Of a stretch of 64,000 nucleotides of DNA, positions 40,026 through 48,790 are shown piece by piece. The position numbers and the translations under genes are program-made. Location: positions 1,915 through 65,914 of the forward strand of contig SVPJ01000005.1 in assembly GCA_015065885.1 (NCBI GenBank), in the 5' to 3' direction. Origin of the DNA: Oscillospiraceae bacterium. Lineage in GTDB: Bacteria; Bacillota; Clostridia; Oscillospirales; Acutalibacteraceae. Position 1 is the first letter of the stretch; each line of letters starts with the position of its first letter. The notes beneath the pieces were generated by a model that worked only from the letters and a program-made list of their open reading frames with translations, made no database searches and was not told the DNA's origin.

Positions 40026-40826
40026 TTATTGCTGTTTGCGGTATTGCAGGGCAGAAATCCCCACTTCCTTTTTGAAGGTTTTCATAAAATGGTTTTCGTC
40101 CTGAAATCCGCAGGAGAGCGCCACCGAGGCTACCGAAAGTTCGGTGGTACGCAGCAGCTCGCGGGCGAATGCTATGCGCCGCAGAATGACGTACCGCTGC
40201 ACCGTGACGCCGTAGGCGGCTTTGAATTGGCGCAGCAGATGGGCGTGGCTGATCCCCACGTCGCGGCAGAGCTGCTCCACGCGAAAAGAGGGGAGCGAAA
40301 AGCTTTCGTCGATCAGCGCTTTTACGGCGCGCATACCGCTTTGCGGAGCGTAGGCGGTACAGACGTCGAGTATTTCATAAAACGCGGCGAGCACACCGAA
40401 ATAACCGATCTCCTCTGCGGCAAGTGCGGTGAGCAGGCGGCTCAAGATGGCAGAAACCTTGTGGAAATGGGGGATCGGGCGCACCGCCGCCTCGGGGGAA
40501 AAGCCGAACAGTTCACGGCAGCCCGCCGTATCCTTCAAAACGAACCACACGTAATCCCACGGGTCGTCGGGGTCGGGGAAATACCGCATTTCGGTGTCAG
40601 CGGGGGTGAAAAACATCTCGCCGCTTTGTACGTAATAGACGTGCTCGCCGATCTCCAACCGACCGCGCCCACCGACCACGAAATGCAGGGTGCAGGCACT
40701 TTGCTTGTGAAATGCAAGGGCGGCACGCACCGTGTGGAAGTCGTTGTACCCGACGGTGGAGATGCCGAGCGGTGCGGCGGCGTGAAACAGCCTGTAAAAA
40801 TCCGGGGGGTTAAAAAATTTTTCCAT
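40026..40826 (-). CDS. AraC family transcriptional regulator (cupin sensor plus HTH)
   Basis: N-terminal cupin-like region; C-terminal double HTH (ISHAHLLRQFKAAYGVT ... SCGFQDENHFMKTFKKEVG). Confidence 0.85.
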   Translation of the reverse strand: MEKFFNPPDFYRLFHAAAPLGISTVGYNDFHTVRAALAFHKQSACTLHFVVGGRGRLEIGEHVYYVQSGEMFFTPADTEMRYFPDPDDPWDYVWFVLKDTAGCRELFGFSPEAAVRPIPHFHKVSAILSRLLTALAAEEIGYFGVLAAFYEILDVCTAYAPQSGMRAVKALIDESFSLPSFRVEQLCRDVGISHAHLLRQFKAAYGVTVQRYVILRRIAFARELLRTTELSVASVALSCGFQDENHFMKTFKKEVGISALQYRKQQ

Positions 40827-40970
40827 ATATATATCACCTGAAAATCAGTGTATCACAAAGTGGAAGGAATGTAAAGGATAAAAAAACACAGTTTTTTGTG
40901 CAAAATTTCCCTTGCCAATTCTTTAAATTCTGCGTATGATTAAACTGTCAATAAAGGGAGGTCGTAAACG

Positions 40971-42185
40971 ATGGTAAAAGCATGTGTGATCGGTCTTGGC
41001 TGCCGCGGTTATCAGTTGATCCGCGACGTGCTGACTAAGAATGATAATTTGGAAATCATTGCCGTGTGCGACGTGTACGAGGACCGTATCGTACAAGCGC
41101 AGGAAGAATTGGAAAAGAACGGACAAACGGCGCAGGGCTTTACGGATTATAAGGAAGCACTCGCTGTGGAGGGCTTGCAGGCGGCGTTCGTGTTTACGAA
41201 CTGGGGCACCCACACCGAGATTGCCTGCCACGCCATGCGGCAGGGCATCCCCGTGGCGAGCGAGGTGGGCAGTGAACTCTCGCTTGAGAACTGCTGGGCA
41301 CTCGTGAACACCCACGAGGAAACGGGCACGCCGTATATGCTGATGGAAAACTGCTGTTACGACAGAGCGGAAATGCTCGTCACCGCGATGGCGCGTCACG
41401 GCAAGTTCGGCACCGTCGTGCATTGTGCCGGCTCGTATTCTCACGATCTGCGGCAGGAAGTGGCATACGGTCACGTCAACCGTCACTACCGCTACGACGT
41501 GTATCGCGATCACTGTGCGGATAATTATCCCACCCACGAGTTGGGCCCCATCGCGAAGTTGCTGGACATCAACCGCGGCAACCGCATCGTGTCGGTGTCC
41601 TCCTTCGCCACCAAAGCGGTGGGACTCAAGGAGTATATCGCCACCCGCGAGGATGCGACCGACGAGATGCGTGCGGAGACCTTCCGCCAGGGCGACGTCG
41701 TGCACACCGTGCTGACCTGCGAAAACGGCGAGACGATCCTGCTGCGTCTGGACACCACCATGCCGCGCTTTTATTCCCGCGACTTTACGGTGCGCGGCAC
41801 CAAGGGGATGTATACGCAGGACACGAATATGGTGCATATGGACGGCGACCCCGAATGGGGAATCGTGCATTTTTTGAAGGACGGCTCGTTGGATAACGCG
41901 GTGAAATACGAGGACGAATTTTTGCCCGCTATCTGGAAGAATATCACCCCCGAAGCGCAGGCGGCGGGACACGGCGGCATGGACTGGTTTGTCTACAAAG
42001 CGTTTGTGGATGCGGTGCAAAACGGCACGCCGATGCCGATCGACGTGTACGACAGCGCGACGTGGCAGGCGGTGGGTGCCCTTTCGGAAAAGTCGATCGC
42101 CGAAGGCGGTGCGCCGCAGGCGATGCCCGACTTCACGCGCGGCGCGTGGAAGACCCGCCCGCGTCTGGACGTTGTGGAATATTGA
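40971..42185 (+). CDS. Gfo/Idh/MocA-fold protein, GH109-like (NAD-dependent glycosidase candidate)
   Basis: Rossmann N-terminus (KACVIGLGCRGYQL), then MLMENCCY and YPTHELGPI blocks recalled from GH109-type enzymes. Divergent from the AraC gene. Confidence 0.5.
   Translation: MVKACVIGLGCRGYQLIRDVLTKNDNLEIIAVCDVYEDRIVQAQEELEKNGQTAQGFTDYKEALAVEGLQAAFVFTNWGTHTEIACHAMRQGIPVASEVGSELSLENCWALVNTHEETGTPYMLMENCCYDRAEMLVTAMARHGKFGTVVHCAGSYSHDLRQEVAYGHVNRHYRYDVYRDHCADNYPTHELGPIAKLLDINRGNRIVSVSSFATKAVGLKEYIATREDATDEMRAETFRQGDVVHTVLTCENGETILLRLDTTMPRFYSRDFTVRGTKGMYTQDTNMVHMDGDPEWGIVHFLKDGSLDNAVKYEDEFLPAIWKNITPEAQAAGHGGMDWFVYKAFVDAVQNGTPMPIDVYDSATWQAVGALSEKSIAEGGAPQAMPDFTRGAWKTRPRLDVVEY
42159..42185 (+). 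repeat. Direct repeat copy 1 (last 8 codons plus stop of the GH109-like gene)
   Basis: CCGCGTCTGGACGTTGTGGAATATTGA encodes PRLDVVEY-stop. Confidence 0.85.
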
Positions 42186-42200
42186 TAGGGGCAGTATAGT

Positions 42201-43295
42201 ATGCGCACGATTTCCATAGAAAAAACTTTATCCGCTTTTTCGGCATTCGAAACGACGGGGACGGTCGTTGGTTGTGCCCCGTACGGTAACGGGCATATTA
42301 ACGATACCTTTTTGGTAAATTGTCAGGACATAAACGGAGAAAAGCGGTACATTCTGCAAGCCGTCAATACCAATGTCTTTAAAAAACCTACGCAGGTGAT
42401 GCACAACATACAAAAGGTGACGTCGTTTCTGCGCGAGCACACGAACGATACACGGCACGTACTGTCGCTGGTTTATGCCAAGGACGGACGTTCCCATCAC
42501 ACCGATGGAGAGGGACGTGTATGGCGTGTGTACGACTTTGTGGAAGATTCCCTTTGTCTTGAAAGTCCCGAATGCTGTGAGGATTTTTACCAATCGGCCG
42601 TGGCGTTTGGTGATTTTCAAAAAAGATTGAGCGCTTTTCCTGTGGACGAGTTGTTTGAAGTTATCCCCGATTTTCATAACACCCCCGATCGGTATTGCAA
42701 GTTTTTGCAAGCGGTGCAGGAAGACGTGTGCGGTCGTGCCGCCGACGTGCGGGAAGAAATCGCCTTTGTAAAGGCACGGGCTTCGTTTTTCAGCTTACTT
42801 GCCGATGCACACCGTGAGGGAAGATTGCCGTTGCGCGTGACGCATAACGACACCAAGATGAACAACGTTATGCTGGATAAACACACACGTTCGGCGTTGT
42901 GCGTGATTGATCTGGACACCATTATGCCCGGATTTTCGGTGAATGATTTCGGTGACTCGATCCGATTCGGTGCCTCCACTGCGGCGGAGGACGAAACCAA
43001 TCTTTCCAAGGTGTCGCTGGACATTTCGTTGTTCGAAATGTATGTGAAAGGCTTTTTAGCAGGGTGTGGCGGTATGCTGACGGCAGAAGAGATTGAGCTG
43101 CTGCCGGAAGGCGCTAAAATGATGACAATCGAGTGCGGTATGCGTTTTCTGACCGATTATCTGCAAGGAGACGTGTATTTCAAGACCAAATATGACAACC
43201 ATAATTTGGTGCGTTGTCGTACGCAGTTTAAACTGGTGGCGGATATGGAAGAAAAGTGGGCACAGCTGAAAGCAATCGTACGGAAATATCGTTGA
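42201..43295 (+). CDS. nahK: N-acetylhexosamine 1-kinase (NahK/LnpB-like, APH fold)
   Basis: YGNGHINDT, THNDTKMNNVMLD, VIDLDTIMPG, DFGDSIRFGA, MRFLTDYLQGDVYF and QFKLV blocks match NahK as recalled. Confidence 0.8.
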   Translation: MRTISIEKTLSAFSAFETTGTVVGCAPYGNGHINDTFLVNCQDINGEKRYILQAVNTNVFKKPTQVMHNIQKVTSFLREHTNDTRHVLSLVYAKDGRSHHTDGEGRVWRVYDFVEDSLCLESPECCEDFYQSAVAFGDFQKRLSAFPVDELFEVIPDFHNTPDRYCKFLQAVQEDVCGRAADVREEIAFVKARASFFSLLADAHREGRLPLRVTHNDTKMNNVMLDKHTRSALCVIDLDTIMPGFSVNDFGDSIRFGASTAAEDETNLSKVSLDISLFEMYVKGFLAGCGGMLTAEEIELLPEGAKMMTIECGMRFLTDYLQGDVYFKTKYDNHNLVRCRTQFKLVADMEEKWAQLKAIVRKYR

Positions 43296-43337
43296 ATAAA
43301 CGAATGACGAGGCTATACGAATACTGAAACAAAGAAA

Positions 43338-43370
43338 AGCGGGAGAGAATCCGAACGATTCTCTCCCGCT
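43338..43370 (+). terminator. Hairpin after nahK (weak U-tract)
   Basis: 14-bp stem AGCGGGAGAGAATC / GATTCTCTCCCGCT followed by GTTGGTATTG. Confidence 0.45.
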
Positions 43371-43403
43371 GTTGGTATTGCAAGGGCAAGGGGAGGGGGC
43401 GCC

Positions 43404-43430
43404 CCTCGCTTGGACGTTGTGGAGTATTGA
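43404..43430 (+). repeat. Direct repeat copy 2 (relic of a GH109-like gene 3' end)
   Basis: CCTCGCTTGGACGTTGTGGAGTATTGA also reads PRLDVVEY-stop. 23/27 identical to copy 1, and all four differences are synonymous. Confidence 0.8.
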
Positions 43431-43438
43431 GGGAACAT

Positions 43439-43480
43439 AAAAAACGGTGACAGAAGCGCGATGCTCTGTCACCGTTTTTA
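43439..43480. terminator. Bidirectional terminator closing the Rnf-like operon
   Basis: 11-bp stem ACGGTGACAGA / TCTGTCACCGT flanked by A5 and T4. Confidence 0.75.
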
Positions 43481-43481
43481 T

Positions 43482-43910
43482 TTACAGCAGAATGCCCACG
43501 AAGCCTTGGGCGGCGAGGTAAAGACCGAAGCCGTAGACGAGCGGGGCGAAGCGGGAGGCGGGAGCGCGGTGCTGCAGGGAGGTGTACACCACCGTGAGCA
43601 GCAGGAACGTGATGCCGCCGATGACGCCCGTTTTGATCGCTTCCGTCCAAAGGAGGAAACCGCCGAGCCACGGGAACAGACCGAAGCACACTGCCGCGAC
43701 CGACGCCGAGAGCAGATAGCACGGTTTGGTTTTAGGGGCGAGATAGGCGTTTGCCGTGAGGGCGACCAACGACAGGAGTGCGATGGTCGGGAGATTCAAC
43801 TGCGGCAACACGGCGTAGGGGAGAAACGCGCGGCAGACCACGCACACCGCGACGGCGATGCCCACCGTGGCGGTGAGGAGAGCGTTCAACAGAAAACGTT
43901 TGTCTTTCAT
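43482..43910 (-). CDS. Hypothetical 142-aa four-TM membrane protein (last gene of the Rnf-like operon)
   Basis: ATG at 43910 is 5 nt after the rnfG-like stop. Four hydrophobic helices; no similarity to RnfA/E that I can see. Confidence 0.6.
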   Translation of the reverse strand: MKDKRFLLNALLTATVGIAVAVCVVCRAFLPYAVLPQLNLPTIALLSLVALTANAYLAPKTKPCYLLSASVAAVCFGLFPWLGGFLLWTEAIKTGVIGGITFLLLTVVYTSLQHRAPASRFAPLVYGFGLYLAAQGFVGILL

Positions 43911-43915
43911 AGTTC

Positions 43916-44452
43916 TCAACCTCCCCACGACGTAGCGCCCGAATCCACGTCCGCACCCGTCACGAAAGCGACGGCGGCGTTGACGCTGCGGGCAACGGCT
44001 TTGGAGGTCACCGTCGCACCCGTGAGCGCGTCGATATTGTCGCCGACGGCGGCGTCTCCCTTGTTTTTCAAAAATTGGGCAAGGAATTCCCAATCGGTCA
44101 AGGCCGCGGCACCGAGGCCCACCGTTTCGTGCATTTCCAGCACCCGAAGACCCGTGACGGTGCCTTCGTTGTTCACACCGATCAACATAGTGATCTCGTC
44201 GGCGTAGCCTTGCACTGCCGTTTCGATCACAAAGCCGCTCTCACCTTTGTGTACCGAGCGGATCAGCGGGTCGTCCCCTTCATACGGTTCGACCGTGAAG
44301 GTCTCGCTGCCCGGAAGCAGTGTTTTTAAAAGGCGTTCGTGTTCCTTTTGTGCGTTGCGGTTGGCAATGCCGTTTACACCGAAGGTGAGTGCCGTGAGCA
44401 GTAACCCGATTGCCGCCACCGAAACGAGGGAGATAAGGATGGTCTTTTTCAT
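43916..44452 (-). CDS. rnfG: RnfG-like FMN-binding membrane-anchored subunit
   Basis: N-terminal TM, FMN_bind domain (ITMLIGVNNEGTVTGLRVLEMHETVGLG) and flavinylation motif DALTGATVTS. 4-nt overlap with rnfD. Confidence 0.8.
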   Translation of the reverse strand: MKKTILISLVSVAAIGLLLTALTFGVNGIANRNAQKEHERLLKTLLPGSETFTVEPYEGDDPLIRSVHKGESGFVIETAVQGYADEITMLIGVNNEGTVTGLRVLEMHETVGLGAAALTDWEFLAQFLKNKGDAAVGDNIDALTGATVTSKAVARSVNAAVAFVTGADVDSGATSWGG

Positions 44453-45387
44453 CGTGCGACCCCTCCTTTCGCCTTGCCGAAACGGCGCGGGGCGGTGTAA
44501 CGGTCGAGCAACCACGCGAGTGCGTTCATCGAAAGAATGGCGTAGGTGACCCCTTCGGGATACAGACCGTAGTAGCGGAAGAACACGGTGAGCGCACCGC
44601 AACCGATACCGTAGATCCATTGCCCTTTCGGCGTGACGGGGGAGGTGGTATAGTCGGTCGCCATAAAGAGGGCACCGAGCATCACACCGCCGCTCGTCAG
44701 TGAATACAGCATCCACATAAGAGGGGCGTCGGTCTTGTGGAACACGAGGGTCAGCAGTGCGACCGTGCCGAGATAAGCGAGCGGGATGCGAAGGGTGATG
44801 ACGCGGCGCAACACGAGATAGAGCGCGCCGAGGAGCAGTGCCAGTGCCGAGATCTCACCGATCGAGCCGGAACAGTTGCCGAGAAACATATCCCACACGC
44901 TCTCTTCCGGCAGGGCGGGCATTACCATATGGTGGAGCGGGGTCGCACCCGTGGCGGCGTCCACCCCCGTGTATACCGTCATACCGACGGGGCAGATGAG
45001 CAACATAAACGCCCGTGCCGCAAGCGCGGGATTGAACACGTTTTCGCCGAGGCCGCCGCCGAGGAGTTTTACGAAACCCACGGCAAACAGACTGCCCACC
45101 GCCGCCAGCCAATACGGAACGGTAGGGGGAAGGGTCATCGCAAGCAACAACCCCGTGACGGCGGCCGAGCCGTCGCGCACGGTGCGTTTTTTCAAGAGCA
45201 GATCGCCGACCCATTCGGTCGCGACCGCGACCGCCACGCACAAGAGGGTGACGAAAAGTCCGCGCAGTCCCAAACGCCAGATACCCACCGCGAGTGCGGG
45301 GAGCAGGGCGAGCAGCACGTCCCGCATCAGGCGGGCGGTGGAGACGGGGCTTTTGATATGCGGGGAGGAGGGCGTGGTAAGTGTCAT
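44449..45387 (-). CDS. rnfD: RnfD/NqrB-family membrane subunit
   Basis: 312-aa polytopic protein with the conserved flavinylation motif DAATGATPLH. Confidence 0.88.
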   Translation of the reverse strand: MTLTTPSSPHIKSPVSTARLMRDVLLALLPALAVGIWRLGLRGLFVTLLCVAVAVATEWVGDLLLKKRTVRDGSAAVTGLLLAMTLPPTVPYWLAAVGSLFAVGFVKLLGGGLGENVFNPALAARAFMLLICPVGMTVYTGVDAATGATPLHHMVMPALPEESVWDMFLGNCSGSIGEISALALLLGALYLVLRRVITLRIPLAYLGTVALLTLVFHKTDAPLMWMLYSLTSGGVMLGALFMATDYTTSPVTPKGQWIYGIGCGALTVFFRYYGLYPEGVTYAILSMNALAWLLDRYTAPRRFGKAKGGVAR

Positions 45388-45388
45388 A

Positions 45389-46672
45389 TCATTCTCCTCC
45401 TTTTCTTTCGGATTTTACGCGGCGGAAGGTTTCGGTCAACGGCAGGCGTGCGGGACAGATATAGGAACAACACCCACATTCGATGCAGTCGGACACGTTC
45501 AAGCGTGTGAGTTCATCGTGGTCGCCGTGATTTGCCGCGCGGTAGAGGTACAGCGGCTGAAGCAACATCGGGCAGACGGTAAGGCACCGCCCGCACCGCA
45601 GACAGTTGGTTGCCGTTTCGCTCGCCGCTTTCGGCAGACAGAGGATCGCGTTGGTGCCTTTCATCACGGGGGCGGAAAGGTCCTTCTGGGCAATCCCCAT
45701 CATCGGGCCGCCGCACATCACGCGGTCGGCACCGTCGGTGAGACCGCCCGCCGCTTCGATCAGCGCTTGCAGTGGTGTGCCGATCGGCACCATAAAGTTT
45801 TGCGGGTTTGCCACCCCTTCGCCCGAAACGGTGACGATCCGTTCGGTGAGTGGTGCCCCTTCGCTGACGGCACGGTAGATGGTTGCCGTGGTGACAACGT
45901 TAAAAACGGCACAGCCTACCGCCATCGGCAGAGCGCCCGCCGGCACTTCCCGCCCCGTGACCGCTTGGATCAACTGCTTTTCACCGCCTTGCGGGTAACG
46001 CGTCGGCAGAATGCGCAGTTCGACGGCGGGGTATTGCGGCAGCACGTCGCGCAGGGCGGCGATGGCTTCGGGTTTGTTATCCTCCACCGCGATCACAAGC
46101 GTGGTCGGCTGCAATAAGCGATGTAACAGCATCGCGCCTTCCAGCACGCTTTGCGGTGCCGTGCGCATCACGGCGTCGTCGGACGTGATATACGGCTCAC
46201 ATTCGCAGGCGTTGATAAGGACGGTATTTACTGCTTGCCGCATGGCCGACAGCGCTTTGACGTCGCTGGGAAAGGCGGCACCACCCATGCCGACGATGCC
46301 CGCTTCGCGGATACACTGCAAAACGTCGTTTTCGGTTTCGGGAAGCGGAAGGGCGACGGTGGTATTCAAACGGTCGTTTTCGATTACGACGGATAACACG
46401 GCTTTGCCGCTGAGGTGCGGGCGGGGTTCCACTGCCGTTACCGTACCCGACACCGAGGCGTGTACGGGTGAGCACAACCCCTCGCCGTCACCGATCTTTT
46501 GGCCGCGGCGAACGACGTCACCCACCGCCACGAGCGGTGTGCAAGGGGCGCCGATATGCTGCTGCATCGGAATCACGACACAGTGCGGTACGATCGTTTG
46601 CAGGGCGGCGGTTGCCGCCGACATATCTTTTTTAGGGGCGGGGTGGATACCGCCGAAAAATAAGGATCCCAT
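45389..46672 (-). CDS. rnfC: RnfC-type NAD(H)-binding iron-sulfur subunit
   Basis: IVGMGGAAFP, two ferredoxin motifs (CLRCGRCLTVCP, CIECGCCSYICP) and an SLBB-like middle region. ATG at 46672 (MGSLFFGGIHP) is preferred over the GTG at 46744. Confidence 0.88.
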   Translation of the reverse strand: MGSLFFGGIHPAPKKDMSAATAALQTIVPHCVVIPMQQHIGAPCTPLVAVGDVVRRGQKIGDGEGLCSPVHASVSGTVTAVEPRPHLSGKAVLSVVIENDRLNTTVALPLPETENDVLQCIREAGIVGMGGAAFPSDVKALSAMRQAVNTVLINACECEPYITSDDAVMRTAPQSVLEGAMLLHRLLQPTTLVIAVEDNKPEAIAALRDVLPQYPAVELRILPTRYPQGGEKQLIQAVTGREVPAGALPMAVGCAVFNVVTTATIYRAVSEGAPLTERIVTVSGEGVANPQNFMVPIGTPLQALIEAAGGLTDGADRVMCGGPMMGIAQKDLSAPVMKGTNAILCLPKAASETATNCLRCGRCLTVCPMLLQPLYLYRAANHGDHDELTRLNVSDCIECGCCSYICPARLPLTETFRRVKSERKGGE

Positions 46673-46686
46673 AGCTGTCACCTCCG

Positions 46687-47703
46687 TTAGGTGCGAAGTT
46701 TCGCTCGAAACCCCGCGGTCATGTGTTCTTCGTCGCCGATCCACAACACGTCGACGTCGCAGGCGTCCGCCAGTGCTTTGCCTTCCTCAAGAGGCAGTAA
46801 AAACAAGGCGGTGGAAAGGGCATCCGCCAGTGCGGAATCCGCCGCCACGACCGTGACGCTGTGCCAGAGTGTGGCGGGGTACTGCGTTTTCGGATCGATG
46901 ATGTGGTGATAGGGGACACCGTTCACCGTATAGGTGCGCTGGTAATCCCCACTGGTGACTACAGCACCGTCGTTTACATACAGTGTGTGGCAGTTGCGGT
47001 TGCTGTCAGCGGGGTCGGAAATGCCGATGACCCACGGCGTGCCGACCGCTTTGGGGCCTGTGGCACACACGTTGCCGCCCACGCTGATGAGCATACCGTC
47101 GGGCGCTTCACGAGCGACCCGTTCGGTCGCCCAGCCTTTCGCAACGGCACCGACATCCAGCGATGCCGAGGGATCGCGGATATATACGGTAGATGCCGCA
47201 GGGTCGATCTCCAAGGCGTCGATCGCGATATGGTCGGCGGCGGCTTTCAGTGCGTCCGCCGCGGGCAGGCGTGCGTTTTGCGGGTCGTCCGCGCCCGCGG
47301 TGCGCGCTTCGTGCCACAGACGAAGCACACGGCCCATCATCACGTTCGTCTTGCCGCCCGTTTGCGTGTAATATGCCTTGCAATCGGTCAGAAATTCCAT
47401 GATGGTACCGTCCACCGTAACGGGGGCCTTGCCCGCCTGATCGTTCACCGTTTTCAGGTTTGCGATCCCGTCGTAGGTGTGGTAGATATCAAACAGACGG
47501 TGATAGACGAGCAATGCGTCGTGTACCGTTTGCGCTTTTTCCTGAAACGCCTCCTCCGACTCGGCGGTGCCGACAACGGTGGTGACGGTGTCGAACAGGT
47601 TCAAAAAGGTGGCGGTATATTGTTTTTGTCCCTTGGCGGGTGCCGTGCGGCAACCGCCGAAACACAGTACCGCTGCGAGAAGAAATACGGCTATCCGTTT
47701 CAT
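46687..47703 (-). CDS. apbE: FAD:protein FMN transferase ApbE (lipoprotein)
   Basis: Signal peptide with lipobox (LCFGGC). ApbE blocks (NLFDTVTTV, DVGAVAKGWA, SGDYQRTYTVNGVPYHHIIDPKTQ). Start at 47703 overlaps the upstream stop by 4 nt. Confidence 0.88.
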   Translation of the reverse strand: MKRIAVFLLAAVLCFGGCRTAPAKGQKQYTATFLNLFDTVTTVVGTAESEEAFQEKAQTVHDALLVYHRLFDIYHTYDGIANLKTVNDQAGKAPVTVDGTIMEFLTDCKAYYTQTGGKTNVMMGRVLRLWHEARTAGADDPQNARLPAADALKAAADHIAIDALEIDPAASTVYIRDPSASLDVGAVAKGWATERVAREAPDGMLISVGGNVCATGPKAVGTPWVIGISDPADSNRNCHTLYVNDGAVVTSGDYQRTYTVNGVPYHHIIDPKTQYPATLWHSVTVVAADSALADALSTALFLLPLEEGKALADACDVDVLWIGDEEHMTAGFRAKLRT

Positions 47704-48779
47704 GCCGCAAACGCCTTGGCGATCAGTGCCTGGAAACCGCCCACCGCAATGGTGACCGACGAGGAAAGGTCGGAGCCGTCGGCAGGCTTGGTGCTTTCGT
47801 CCACCGCAATGCCTGCCACTTCCGCGGCGGTCTTGCCGGTGACGTAGGCGGCAAAGGCGGCGGCTTGCTCGTTCCATTCCGCTTTGGCACCGCCCCACGC
47901 GACCATACCGTACTTATCACCCAGCTCGTTCTTGGTGGGGAGGGGGGCGGAAAGGTCGGAGGTGATGGTGCCGCTCACGTCAAACGCGATCTTCGCCTGC
48001 AGGCTGTCGATCAGGCAGGAGGTGATCTTGCCGTCCTTCATCGTGACGACGGCAACGTCGGTGTCGAGCTGAGCGTTACCGTTTTGTTCCGCCGTGGCGG
48101 CGGTGGAATTTTTGAGCGAATTTAAGGTGACCAGTTTCAAGGTGTCACCGCTGTCCGCACCGCAGTGGGCGGCGTTTTTCGCCGCGGCTTCAATGGCAGC
48201 CACGTATCCGCCGAGATAGATGGTGGCGGAGGAGGCAAGATCCGACCCGTCGGGTGCCTTGCCGTGTTCGTTCACCGCACCGCTTTTGAATGCGTCCACC
48301 GTTTTGCCTTCGGCAAAGCGGCAGAGGGCGGCGACCTGCTCGTCCCATTCGGCTTTCGCACCGCCCCACGCGACCATACCGTAGTTGTCGCCCAGTTCGT
48401 TTTTGGTGGGTACAGCGGCGGTGATATCCGAGCCGAGCGAGCCGTCGGCCTTCACCGTCACCGAGGCGGGAACGGCGTCGATCACGCACGAAGCAATGAC
48501 CCCGTTCTCGTCCACCGTGACGGCGGCGATGGTGACATCAAATTTCACCTCACCGCTTTTGTCGGTGGTGGCGTTGGTGCTGTCTGCCACCGTGGTGACG
48601 ACCGCAAGGCCCGTTTTCGCCGTGCCGGAGGCGGGGGTGTTGTTGTTGGTATCGGGGGTGGGCGTGGTGCCGTTTTGCGGGCACTTGCAATCGTTTATGA
48701 CAACGGTGGTGCCACTGCACCCGCAAAGCAGGCACAGACAGAGAAGCAGAGCGAGCAGGGAAAGAACAGTGCGTTTCAT
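47700..48779 (-). CDS. Lipoprotein with two tandem FMN_bind-like domains (PplA-like flavinylation target candidate)
   Basis: Lipobox LLCGC. Two roughly 145-aa repeats share PTKNELGD(N/K)YGMVAWGGAKAEW(D/N)EQ and end with DLASSATIY and DLSSSVTIA respectively (compare DxxSGAT). Confidence 0.6.
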   Translation of the reverse strand: MKRTVLSLLALLLCLCLLCGCSGTTVVINDCKCPQNGTTPTPDTNNNTPASGTAKTGLAVVTTVADSTNATTDKSGEVKFDVTIAAVTVDENGVIASCVIDAVPASVTVKADGSLGSDITAAVPTKNELGDNYGMVAWGGAKAEWDEQVAALCRFAEGKTVDAFKSGAVNEHGKAPDGSDLASSATIYLGGYVAAIEAAAKNAAHCGADSGDTLKLVTLNSLKNSTAATAEQNGNAQLDTDVAVVTMKDGKITSCLIDSLQAKIAFDVSGTITSDLSAPLPTKNELGDKYGMVAWGGAKAEWNEQAAAFAAYVTGKTAAEVAGIAVDESTKPADGSDLSSSVTIAVGGFQALIAKAFAA

Positions 48780-48790
48780 AGTGGTTCCTC

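Noticed and set aside
43395-43410. GAGGGGGCGCCCCTC palindrome as another REP copy.
   Set aside because: It has no GTAG flank. It lies inside the relic reading frame of the duplicated gene end, so the relic explains it better.
43482-46672. Annotation as a complete Rnf ferredoxin:NAD+ oxidoreductase.
   Set aside because: Only C, D and G homologues are present. The A, E and B subunits are missing from the operon, so the canonical function cannot be assumed.
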